64,000 bases of DNA from the human T2T-CHM13v2.0 reference genome, Homo sapiens. The position numbers were made by a program, and so were the translations under genes. Shown here piece by piece: positions 26,963-39,934 of this stretch (position 1 is the first letter of the stretch; every line of letters starts with the position of its first letter). The stretch lies in NCBI RefSeq assembly GCF_009914755.1, contig NC_060936.1, one strand, 5' to 3'. The notes below the pieces were generated by a model that saw only the letters and a list, made by a program, of their open reading frames with translations, made no database searches and was not told the DNA's origin.

Positions 26963-28269
26963 AAATAGTTAAACACATTTTCTGTCATACTAAATACTCT
27001 ATGTTTTAATCAGTAGCAATGATTAACAGCTATTATTAGGTGATTTGCCCAAACACAGAGAGCAAGCAGGTGATAAAATTCTAAGCCACCAACTTTCCCT
27101 GGTTCATTTCAGAACTGATCCGGTAGTGTTGATCTGTTGCCCAACATAGAAAGCTCTCAGTCTTGGAACCCACTGATCACTGTGGCACAACATGGATTTT
27201 TCAAGGGCAAGCTCTGGGTCCCCCTTCCCTTTCTCAGGAGAAAAGTTGTCATGAGAAAGAGTAATAAAACTTACCTTGTATTGGTCATACTGAGGACAAC
27301 TTGCATCTATTGAAGGAAAACAGAAAGTGGCTTAAGAAAACAAGAAAGTTCTAATCATCTGTGCTAAAAGACAAAGGAACAGATTGCTGTGGAAGATGAG
27401 TCCTCTGTCACTCAAGGTGTTCAAGGCAGACCAGATGCTGTAGAAGGATTGAGAACTGACCGCCCAATCCTTATGCTTCTTTCCAACTCCGAGTTTCTAA
27501 TATGTAGAAAAAGGCAACCTCTCAGGATTCATTCATTCATTCATTCATTCAGCCTTAACTATCAAAAAAATACGTGACTCCAAGTGGTGATTTGGTTTGG
27601 AGATGTCAAAAACACTTTTTTTTCCAAACCATTGCAGATGGTCTCTGTCTCAAACACCAGAAATTAAACTATGATTTGTATAGTGTTAGAGAATAAAAGG
27701 ACTTTTCTCTGAATGGCCAAAGCATAAAAGCCTAGTGAGTTCATTCTTCATTTATTTATTTCTGGTGTGATCGACAATAAGTTCAATTTATGACTATAAC
27801 TGTTTTCTGCATTAGCCTTGTTTTAAGTCTTTTTATCATTATCAAAGTCAGACATGCCTCACAAAACTTGATGTCTATACAAATTCTTCAGATGGGTAAA
27901 GACAATCATAAAACAGCTTAACAAAAGAATTTGCATATTTTTACATTGCATAGAAATAGATATATTATAAAAGAAAATTATTACTTATGATAGAGTAGAG
28001 AAATGATTAAACTTAATTCTACCTGGATTTTTCTCTTTGGTTCATGGGTCAGTCCAACAAGGCTTTTTGTTTAGTTCATTGGATCATAAACAGAGCTTCC
28101 ACAGTGGAACAAGAAAAGATTTTCAGCACGTTTCCCAAAACTAAAGTACTTTCATGGCTAAAAGATTGGCATTGTGGTTTCCTTTCATTAAAAGCTGATT
28201 CCATTATTAAAGGATAATCAGATATCTAATTTCAAGGGGTTTTTTTTCTTTTTCAAAGAACAGGTTTGT

Positions 28270-28640
28270 TGGCAGATGCTGTTACTGTCCTCCAAGATCC
28301 CTCTCCCTTTCTTTCATAAATACTAGAATCTGAATTTATCTGTATTCTTGGCCCCCAAGAATGAGACAAACTGCCCAGCCTCCTCACAGTTAGGCATGAC
28401 TGTGTGACTAACTCCTTCTGAGGTGATGGGAGAGGCAATGATTGGTTCAGCTTTCAGCTTGTGCCTTGAAGGAAAGGCTCAAACCCACCTTCTCCTCTTC
28501 TCCTTTGCTGCTGGATGGAATGCCAGGAGCTAAGGCAGCCGTCTTAGACTGCAAGGTGCAAGTCATGAGTAAGAAGAACAAAGCAACAAGCCAAAGTCCC
28601 TAAGAAGACCTCCAAAGCCCTACACAACCTTGCATAACCT
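28270..28640 (+). mobile_element. MLT1 (J/K-like) LTR fragment
   Basis: CCCAGCCTCCTCACAGTTAGG...TGTGACTAA; TGCTGGATGGAATG...GGCAGCCGTCTT. Confidence 0.6.
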
Positions 28641-28659
28641 CTGTTACCTCCACTCCCCC

Positions 28660-28850
28660 ATCTCCCCATTGATCACTCCACTACAGCCACACTGGCCTCT
28701 CTGCTGTTCCTGCACAAGCCAGACATGATTTTACCATAGGGTCTTTGCACTTGCTAGACACTCTTTCCCCAGGTAACCACATGGCTCACTCTCTCACTCT
28801 CTCCAGGTCTTTACTCAAACACCATCATCCCAGTAAGATATTCTCTAACA
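28660..28850 (+). mobile_element. L2 fragment truncated at L1 5' end
   Basis: CAGCCACACTGGCCTC...AGGGTCTTTGCACTTGCT...CAGGTCTTTACTCAAA. Confidence 0.75.
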
Positions 28851-30183
28851 GTGGTGACTGGCAAGATGGCCAAATAGAAACAGCTCCAGTCTGCAGCTCC
28901 CAGCGAGATCAATGCAGAAGACAGGTGATTTCTGCATTTCCAACTGAGATACCTGGCTCTTCTCACTGGGACTGGTTAAACAGTGGGTGGCAGTCCACAG
29001 AGGGCAAGCAGAAGCAGGGTAGGATGTCGCCTCACCTGGGAAACGCAAGGGGTCAGAGAACTCCCTCCCCTAGCCAAGGGAAGACCTGAGGGACTGTGCC
29101 ATAAGGAACGGTGCATTCCAGCCCAGATACTACTCTTTTCCCATGGTCTTCACAACCCACAGACCAGGAGATTCCCTCGGGTTCCTATAATACCAGGGCC
29201 CTGGGTTTCAAGCACAAAACTGGGTGGCCACTTGGGCAGACACCTAACTAGCTGCAGGAGGATTTTTTCATACCTCAGTGGCACCTGGAACACCAGCAAG
29301 ACAGAACCATTCACTCCCCTGGGAAGGGGGCTGAAGCCAGGGAGCCATGTAGTCTAGCTCAGGAGATCCCACCCCTACGGAGCCCAGTAAGCTAAGATCC
29401 ACTAGCTTGAAATCCTTGCTGCCAGCACAGCAGTCTGAAGTCAACCTGGGACACTTGAGCTTAGTGTGGGGAGGGGTGTCCACCATTACTGAGGCTTCAG
29501 TAGGCAGTTTTCCCCTCACAGTATAAACAAAGCCACCAGGAAGTTCGGACTGGGCAGAGCCCACCACAGTGCCACAAAGCCACTGCAGCCAGACTGCCCC
29601 TCTAGATTCCTCCTTCTGGGCAGGGCGTCTCTGAAAGAATGGCAGCAGACCCAGTCAGGGCCTTATAGATAAAACTCCCATCTCTGTGGGACAGAGCACC
29701 TAGGGGAAGGGGCTCAGCTTTGGCAGACTTAAACATTCCTACGTGCTGGCTCTGAAGAAAGCAGTGGATCTCCCAGCACAGCACTTGAGCTCTGCTAAGG
29801 GACAGACTGCCTCCTCAAGTGGGTCCCTGACCCCTGTGCCCCCTTACTGGGAGACACCTCCCAGCAGGGGTTGACAGACACCTCATAAAGGAGAGCTCTG
29901 GCTGGCATCTGGCAGGTGCCCCACTGGGATGAAGCTTTCAGAGGAAGGAACAGGCAGCAATCTTTGCTGTTCTGCAGCCTTCGCTGCTGATACCCAGGCA
30001 AACATGGTCTGGAGTGTACCTCTAGCAAACTCCAACAGACCTGCATCAGAGGGGCCTGACTGTTAGAAGGAAAACTAACAAACAGAAAGGAATAGCATCA
30101 AGATAAAAAAAAAAGGACATCCACACAGAAACCCCATCTGAAGGTCACCATCATCAAAGAACAAAGTAGATAAATCCATGAAG

Positions 30184-31209
30184 ATGAGGAAAAACCAGCA
30201 AAAAAAGGCTGAAAATTCCAAAAACCAGAATGCCTCTTCTCCTCCAAAGGATCATGACTCCTCACCACTAAGGGAACAAAATTGGATGGAGAATGAGTTT
30301 GACGAATTGACAGAAGTAGGCTTCAGAAGATGGGTAATAACAAACTCCTCTAAGCTAAAGGAGCATGTTCTAACCAAATGCAAGGAAGCTAAGAACGCTG
30401 AAAAAAGGTTAGAGGAATTGCTAACTAGAATAACCAGTTTAGAGAAGAACATGAATGACCTGATGGAGTTGAATAACACAGTATGAGAATTTTGTGAAGC
30501 ATACACAAGTATCAATAGCTGAATTGATCAAGTGGAAGAAAGAATATTGGAGACTGAAGATCAATTTAATGAAATAAAACGTGAACACAAGATGAGAGAA
30601 AAAAGAATGAAAAGAAATGAACGAAGCCTCCAAGAAATATGGCACTATGTGAAAAGACCAAACCTATGTTTGATTGGTGTACCTGAAAGTGATGGGGAGA
30701 ATGGAACCAAGTTGGAAAACACTCTTCAGAATCCTATCCAAGAGAACTTAACCAGCCCAGCAAGACAGGCCAACATTCAAATGCAGGAAATACAGAGAAC
30801 ACCACAAAGATACTCCTCGAGGAGAGGAAACCCAAGACACATAATCGTCAGATTCACCAAGGTTGAAATGAAGGAAAAAATGTTAACGGGAGCCAGAGAG
30901 AAAGGTCGGGTTACCCACAAAGGGAAGTCCATCAGACTAACAGTGGGTCTCTCAGCAGAAACCCCACAAGCCAGAAGAGAGTGAAGGCCAATATTCAACA
31001 TTTCTAAAGAAAAAAATTTTCAACCCAGAATTTCATATCCAGCCAAACTAAGCTTCATAAGTGAAGGAGAAATAAAATTATTTATAGACAAGGAAATGCT
31101 GGGAGATTTTGCCACCGCCAGGCCTGCCTTATAAGAGCTCCTGAAGGAAGCACTAAATATGAAAAGGAAAAACCAGTACCAGCCACTGCAAAAACATACC
31201 AAACTGTAA
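30184..31209 (+). pseudogene. L1 ORF1p remnant
   Basis: MRKNQ...; YVKRPNLCLIGVPE; RHIIVRFTKV; premature stops (e.g. TGA at 30484). Confidence 0.93.
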
Positions 31210-31272
31210 ACACCATTGACACTATGAAGAAACTGCATCAACTAATGGGCAAAATAAACAGCTAGCATTATA

Positions 31273-34200
31273 ATGACAGGATCCAATTCACACATGACAA
31301 TATTAACCTTAAATGTAAATGGGCTAAATGCCCCAATTAAAAGACACAGACTGGCAAAATTGGATAAAGAGTCAAGACCCATCAGTGTGCTGTATTCAGG
31401 AGACCCATCTCACATGCAAAGACACACGTAGGCTCAAAATAAAGGGATGGAGGAAGATTTACCAAGCAAATGGAAAGCAAAAAAAAATAGGGGTTGCAAT
31501 CCTAGTCTCTGATAAAACAAACTTTAAACCAACAAAGATCAAAAAAGACAAAGAAGAGCATTATATAATGGTAAAAGGATCAATTCAACAAGAAGAGCTA
31601 ACTGTCCTAAATATATATGCACCCAATACATGAGCACCCAGATTCATAAAGCAAGTCCTTAGAGATGTACAAAGAGACTTAGACTCCCACACAGTAATAG
31701 TGGGAGAATTTAACACCCCACTGTCAATATTGGACAGATCAATGAGACAGAAAATTAACAAGGATACTCAGGGCTTGAACTCAGCTCTGAACCAAGCAGA
31801 CCTAATAGACATCTACAGAACTCTCCACCCCAAATCAACATAATATACATTCTTCTCAGCACCACATCGCACTTATTCTAAAATCGACCACATAATTAGA
31901 AGTAAAAAACTCCTTAGCAAATGGAAAAGAACAGAAATTATAACAATCTCTCAGACCACAGTGCAATCAAATTAGAACTCAGAATTAAGACACTCACTCA
32001 AAACTGCACAACTACATGGAAACCGAACAACCTGCTCCTGAATGACTACTGGGTAAATAATGAATTTAAGGCAGAAATAAGTAAGTTCTTTGAAACCAAT
32101 GAGAACAAAGATACAATGTACCAGAATCTCTGGGACACAGCTAAAGCAGTGTTTAGAGGGAAATTTATAGCACTAAATTGCCCACAGGAGAAAATGGGGA
32201 AGATCTGAAATCAATACCCTAAGATCACAATTAAAAGAACTAGAGAAGCAAGAGCAAACAAATTCAAAAGCTAGCAGAAGACAAGAAATAACTAAGATCA
32301 GAGCAGAACTGAAAGAGATAGAGACATGAAAAACCCTTCAAAAAAATCAATGAATCCAGGTGTTAGTTTTTTGAAAAGATTAACAAAGTAGACAGACCAC
32401 TAGCCAGACTAATAAAGAAGAAGAGGAAAGAATCAAATAGACACAATGAAACATGATAAAGGGGATATCACCATTGATCCCACAGAAATACAAACTACCA
32501 TCAGAGAATACTATAAATACCTCTATGCAAATAAACTAGAAAATCTAGAAGAAATGGATAAAATTCCTAGACTTATACACCCTCCCAAGTCTAAACCAGG
32601 AAGAAGTCAAATCCCTGAATAGACCAATAACAAGTGTGAAATTGAAGCAGTAATTAATAGCCTACCAACCAACCAAAGCCCAGGACCAGATGGATTCACA
32701 GCAAAATTCTACCAGAGGTACAAAGAGAAGCTGGTATCATACCTTCTGAAATTATTCCAAACAATAGAAAAAGAGGGATTCCTCCCTAACTCATTTTATG
32801 AAGCCAGCATCATCCTGATATCAAAACCTGGCAGAGACACAACAAAAATATAAAATTTCAGGCCAGTATCCCTGCTGAACATTGAGGCATCAATAAAATA
32901 CTGGCAAACCGAATCCAGCAGCACATCAAAAGCTTATCCACCACAATCAAGTCAGCGTCATTCCTGGGATGCTAGGATGGTTCAACATACGCAAATCAAT
33001 AAACATAATCCATCATATAAACAGAACCAATGACAAAAAACACATGATTATCTCAATAGATACAGAAAAGACCTTTGATAAAATTCAACACCCCTTCACA
33101 CTAAAAACTCTCAATAAACTAGGTATTGATGGAGCATATCTCAAAATATTAAGAGCTATTTATGACAAACCCACAGCCAATATCATACTGAATGGGCAAA
33201 AGCTGGAAGCATTCCCTTTGAAAATTGGCAAAAGACAAGGATGCCCTTTCTCACCACTCCTTTTCATCATAGTACTGGAAGTTCTGGTAAGGGTAATCAG
33301 GGAAAAGAAAGAAATAAAGGGTATTTAAATAGGAAGAGAGGAAATCAAATCGTCTGTTTACAGATTACATGATTGAATATTTAGAAAACCCCGTCGTCTC
33401 AGCCCAAAATCTCCTTAAGCTAATAAGCAACTTCAGCAAAGTCTCAGGATACAAAATCAATGTGCAAAAATTACAAGCATTCCTATACGCCAGTAATAGA
33501 CAAACAGAGAGCCAAATCATGAGTGAACTCCCATTCACAATTGCTACAAAAAGAATAAAATACCTAGGAATACAACTTACAAGGGATGTGAAGGACCTCT
33601 TCAAGGAGAACTACAAACCACTGCTCAAGGAAATAAGAAAGGACACAACCAAATGGAAATACATTCCATGCTCGTGAATAGGAAGAATCAGTTTTGTGAA
33701 AATGGTCATACTGCCCAAAGTAATTTATAAGATTCAATGCTATACCCATCAAGCTACTATTGACTTTCTTCACAGAATTAGAAAAAACTACTTTAAATTT
33801 CATATGGAACCAAAAAACAGCCTGTATAGCCAAGACAATTCTAAGCAAAAAGAACAAAGTTAGAGGCATCATGCTACCTGACTTCAAACTATACTACAAG
33901 CCTACGGTAACCAAAACAGCATGATACTGGTACCAAAACAGATATATAGACCAATGGAACAGAACAGGGGCCTCAGAAAAAATGCCACACATCTATAACA
34001 ATCTGAGCTTTGACAAACCTGACAAAAACAAGCAATGGGGAAAGGATTCCCTATTTAATAAATGATGTTGGGAAAACTGGCTAGCCATATGCAGAAAACT
34101 GAAACTGGACCCCTTCTTTACATCTTATATAAAAATTAACTCAAGATGGATTAAAGACTTGAACGTAAGACCTAAAACCATAAAAACCCTAGAAGAAAAC

Positions 34201-34436
34201 CTAGGCAATACCATTCAGGACACAGGCATGGGGAAAGACTTCATGACTAAAACACCAAAAGCACTGGCAATAAAAGCCAAACTTGACAAATGGGATCTAA
34301 TTAAACTAAGGAGTTTCTGCACAGTAAAAGAAACTGTCATCAGAGTGAACAGGCAACCTACAGAATAGGAGAAAATTGCTGCAATCTATCCACCTGTCAA
34401 AGGGCTAATATCCAGAATCTACAAGGAACTTAAGCA

Positions 34437-34478
<42 letters not shown>

Positions 34479-35108
34479 TCAAAAAGTGGGCAAAGGGTAT
34501 CAGAAAAGGATATCAGATACTTCTCAAAAGAAGGTATTTATGCAGACAACAAACATGAAAAAGAGCTCATCGTCACTGGTCATTAGAGAAATGCAAATCA
34601 AAACCACAATGAAATACTATCTCACACCAGTTACAATGGCAATCATTAAAAAGTCAGGAAACAACAGATGCTGGAGAAGATGTGGAGAAATAGGAACACT
34701 TTTACACTGTTTGTGGGAGTATAAATTAGTTCAACCATTGTGGAAGACAGTGTGGCGATTCCTCAAGGATCTAGAACCAGAAATACCATTTGACCCAGCA
34801 ATCTCATTATTGGTATATACCCAAAGGATTATAAATCATTCTATCATAAAGACACATGCACACGTATGTTTATTGCAGCACTGTTCACAATAGCAAAGAC
34901 CTGAAACCAACCCAAATGCCCATCAATGATAGACTGGATAAAGAAAATGTGGCACATCTACACTATGGAATACTACATAGCCATAAAAAAGGATGAGTTC
35001 ATGTCCTTTGCAGGGACATGGATGAAGCTGGAAACCGTCATTCTCACCAAACTAACTCAGGAACAGAAAACCAAACACCACATGTTCTCACTCATAAGTG
35101 GGAGTTGA
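31273..35108 (+). pseudogene. L1 ORF2p remnant (endonuclease / reverse transcriptase)
   Basis: ATGACAGGATCC start; [23 protein letters not shown] (EN); [24 protein letters not shown] (RT); fragmented over many frames. Confidence 0.95.
34442..34474 (+). repeat. (AC)16 microsatellite inside L1 ORF2
   Basis: Direct reading. Confidence 0.95.
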
Positions 35109-35344
35109 ACAATGAGAACACATGGACACAGGGCAGAGAACATCACACACCAGGGCCTGTCAGGGGGTGGGGGACTAGGGGAGGGATAGCATTAGGAGAA
35201 ATACCTAATGTAGATGACGGGTTGATGGGTGCAGCAAACCACCATGGCACGTGTATATCTATGTAACAAACCTGCATGTTCTGCACATGTATCCCAGAAC
35301 TTAAAGTATAATTTAAAAAAAAAAAAAAAAGAAAAAGAAAAGGT

Positions 35345-35735
<391 letters not shown>

Positions 35736-36741
35736 TATCTGCCTCCTGGCTTTCAGAAACATCCGTGTAACCTTAGCACCTCTCTTCAGTAGAGATGCTC
35801 CCCCGAGACAAGGAAAGACTGGAAGCCTTCAGAACGGGGTCTCACTCCGTTATGAGTCTTTTATTCATTGCCTCACAAATTAGTCGCAAGAACTTGCCCT
35901 GCAGACAAGGGGATGCAAATGCAAGTGACACAGAATTGTAATAACATAAACATTAGGAAACAATGCAAACCAGTTGGGCCCCCTGCAGAGAAATAATTCC
36001 CCCGCACTCCTTTTCAAATTGTCTTCATGAAAATTTCATAAAATTTGCCATTATTAAAACTGAGTAGCAATTATTTCTTTCTTTGGTTCATCAGTTGTGG
36101 GAGAAAAATTAATTGTGTTCTCCTTCTTTTCTGGAGTTCATCAGACAGCAATAAGGCAACAAGGATTGACAGGACTGGAGGCAGGAGAACTTGGGGGGGT
36201 GTTATCACAGATGTGGCATGAGAGGCAGGAGCGGGTATGAGAGTGGTCGCGGCAGATGCGGCCCCGGCTAACAAGTGTGCTCAGGAAGCCCAAGTCATTA
36301 CGGTGTGTTGACATAACATTTGCCAGCTTCACAGGGGCCATCATTGTAAATTAGATTTAATATTGATCAGGCCCTTCACAATCAGGGCCAGGAGAAAATT
36401 GGACACAGAGTTCTTAGTCAAAATTGGCTCTTAAGATTCTGCTTTCTAATTAACATAGAAGAACAGAAATCCAGGGCCTATCTGTCTGACCCAGCGTGGC
36501 ATAACCGCTTTCCTGGTCTCTGAGGGCAGTGGAGAGGTGACAGCGATTCCCACTGTCTATTTTCTGTCCCAGGTTGGTTCTGTGTTGCAGCAGAGGAGGA
36601 AGAGAGCATGAGAGGTGAGCTGTGGCGAAGGGGATGGAGGATTTCAGGGTGCAGATGGCTGTGATTCTCCTCTCAGTCTTCACCTCAGAAAGCCAAAAAC
36701 CTTTATTGAAAGAAATCTGGTTTGCCTTTAGGTTTTTCTTT

Positions 36742-36970
36742 AAAAAAAAAAAAAGAAAGAAAGAAAGAAAAAGAGAGAAAGAGAGAAAGAGAGAAAGAAA
36801 GAAGAAAGAAAGAGAGAAAGAGAGAAAGAGAGAGAGAGAGAGAGGGAAAGAGGGAGGGAGGGAGGGAGGGAGGGAGGGAGGAAGGAAGGAAGGAAGGAAG
36901 GAAGGAAGGAAGGAAGGAAGGAAGGAAGGAAGGAAGAAAGAGAAAGAAAGAAAGAAAGGAAAGAAAAGAA

Positions 36971-37033
<63 letters not shown>

Positions 37034-37068
37034 GAAGGAAGGAAGAAAGAGAAAAAGAAAGAAAGAAA
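36742..37068 (+). repeat. 327-bp pure-purine compound microsatellite: A13, (GAAA)n, (GA)n, (GGGA)n, (GGAA)14, (GAAA)n
   Basis: No pyrimidine on the + strand in this interval; (GGAA)14 at 36880-36935. Confidence 0.97.
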
Positions 37069-37164
37069 TATTTTTTAAAAGTTCATTCAGGGTTAGGAGT
37101 TTAAAGAAGTTACCAGTAAAACTCCCAACCAATACTGGCTTCCGTTGACCCCTCACAAAACTTT

Positions 37165-37634
<470 letters not shown>

Positions 37635-38088
37635 AGAATAATATATTTAGGATACATTAAGCAAATATCAGCTATATTTATCATTATATGTGTATTCTTA
37701 CCATTGTTATCATGCTTTGTTCTATTAGATGATATTACCGACACTAATAACAACAACAGGATCAAGACATCTAGTTTTTTACTTTGGAAACTGACTGGCC
37801 AGGACAATTCCAAAGCAAGTAACAGAAAGTGGCCCCTCAGTACATTCTAGACATTAATGCTTCTCTCTTCCAACTTCAGTCCCAATCTGGAGGCCTTGAA
37901 CTTCAAGTTTCCCTTTTTTTTTTTTTTTTTTTTTTACATCCTTGTGAGCTTCAGTCAGACCTAATACTTCCCAGCACTTACTGTGACCTTTCATGGACTT
38001 CCCAGGCAGGGAAGTTACTAGAGGCAGAGATGATGTCTCATTCATCTTTAGACCTCTGACACCTTACATAGAATTTGGCCCATAAAAG

Positions 38089-38252
38089 CAGGCCCCAAAC
38101 GAGGGTAAGACAAGTGAGGCTCCCTAGGCATAAAATCTAGGGAGGCGATCAGTCTCAGGCACCAACTCGACACTTTCATAACCCTGAGAGTTAGTGTTTC
38201 CTTAAATCTTGTTCCCCAGGAGCCTTGCCTGCCTTGCCTGGTCCTGACTTTG
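38089..38252. mobile_element. MER96-like palindromic hAT-Tip100 MITE
   Basis: CAGG...AGGGTAAGACAAGTGAGGC / GCCTTGCCTGCCTTGCCTGGTCC...TG arms; internal CTCAGG and CCTGAGAG inverted segments. Confidence 0.75.
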
Positions 38253-39165
38253 CTTAGAACAGATACTTCATCAAAATGACATGAATAACTGAATGAAGGA
38301 AGCACAGAATCCCCCAACTGTTCTCTCATCCAAAGCCCCAGCCCTGGGCCCACAGACATGACTGCAACCTTTGCCAGCCTCGGTACTCATGGGAAGATTC
38401 TGAGACCAGAAAAATCTTAGGAACGTGCTTTATCAAAAGTCAATGCCAAAAGTAGCCATTTTTGAAAATCTAAACAGCAGTTCAGGTTTATCTCACCTGC
38501 GAAAAGTTCTTCCTCCAAGTTTCATGGAGTTATTGGTTTTCAGAATTAATTGCAAAACTCAAATCCAGCCAGAAACATCTGCTGCCCTTACATATAAGGC
38601 TAACCAGGGAACTGAAAGAAACAGGTCCCAGGGCTCAGTTTCCCATTTATTAATTTATAAACCCTGCTTCCGCCTGCTCCCTCGAATGATTTCCAGGAAG
38701 AGTCAATCAGCCCTATGCTCCTGTGGGATTTTATTCTCTGTCCCCCAGGAGCATTTCTTGCACAACAGACATCTTTCTGTAAGAAAAAAAAAATTGTATT
38801 TCCCTTTGACTGTAACCCTTCATTCAATTCCAGCCTCCTCCTTCAAGTCCATTAGATTTCTTCCCTTGGAGACATGGGCCTCCAATCCATCCCTCGTTTC
38901 CCATTTTAGTGGAATTATCTGCCCTTAGACACAAAACTGCAACCATGAAATTTGTTTCCAGTGTAAGATCATGTGTTAAAAATTTTTAGTATTTTATCAG
39001 AAGTACAATGCACATGATTAAATGTGCATATATGAAAAAACATCTAGACGATGATAAACCACAAAAATCTCAACCATTTATTGTGCATTTGCTATGTGCC
39101 AGACCTTATTTCAGTTTGTCCTGCCACTGATGAACTCAGTTTTTGCTCCTATAAAATGTGCTGTG

Positions 39166-39852
39166 TGTTGGGTTCATGACTACACCAAATGTCATGCTCA
39201 GGGTCAGGTTTGAGCCCATGCTGCAGTCCCAGGGGAGTGGGTGGATGGGCAATAGCTGAAAGAACACCCACGGGGCTGTAGGCAGGTGAAATGTGGTTTT
39301 ATTCAGCAGCTCTCTCCTCAGCAGCTCTCTCCTCAGCAGCTCTCTTATCAGCAGCTTTCTCACACTGTCTGCCTCTGTCTCAGCAGCCTGCTCCGGCTTG
39401 GCTTCTCTCAGCAGTCAGCTCCCACACACCGCTGCACAGCCAGCCTGTGAGGCCAGCTCTCCATTATAGTGTTAGCAGCTTAAATCTTCCCCTCTCTGGG
39501 CACGAGCTGGTTCCTGGCTCCCCACTGTATGTCTGCCAGTTGATCATTCTCCCTTACAGGGGTCAGTAGCTCTGCTCTCTCTCTCTGTGTGCCAGGGCTG
39601 CACAAGAGCCATGCCATGCCATGCTGTGCCATGCTGAACCAAGCCAAGCCATGCCCAAGAGCCCTGTGCACAGCGTCAGCAGGGCAGTTATACCTTCTAC
39701 AGACAATAGTGGCATAGAGCCAAGTATGAGCTTACACAAACAGATTATATAACAAGTGGAGTATGCGTCTGTGCCCTAAACTCACTGAGTCACTCTGGCC
39801 GGGATGTCTGCCTCGGCCTATCCTTGACCAAAGCATATCCATGTAGCTTACA
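39166..39852 (-). mobile_element. LTR18 (LTR18B-like) solo LTR of HERV18/HERV-S
   Basis: Reverse strand starts TGTAAGCTACATGGATATGCTTTGGTCAAGGATAGGCCGAGGCAGACATC; 5-bp TSD CTGTG (39161-39165 and 39853-39857). Confidence 0.85.
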
Positions 39853-39934
39853 CTGTGTGATAAACCTTCTCTAAATTTGAAGGCATGCATTGCAGGGCTA
39901 CTCTGATGCTCTTAGGAGCTGGGGCCTGACTTAG

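Larger units (their letters stand above)
28851..35340 (+). mobile_element. Full-length (~6.5 kb) inactive LINE-1, L1PA7-like
   Basis: ~1.3-kb 5' UTR (CAAGATGGCCAAATAG...), ORF1, ORF2 remnants, G-rich 3' UTR and poly(A); many stops and frameshifts; subfamily judged from UTR features and length. Confidence 0.95.

Noticed and set aside
27275-27306. Assigning a gene symbol or locus from the micro-exon peptide
   Set aside because: Neither open frame matched a protein I can recognise, so no locus identity is claimed.
28851-35340. Retrotransposition-competent L1
   Set aside because: Both ORFs carry multiple stops and frameshifts, and ORF2 contains a microsatellite.
38425-38928. 167-aa ORF, the longest in the track
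   Set aside because: GTG start, no recognisable domain, consistent with a chance ORF.
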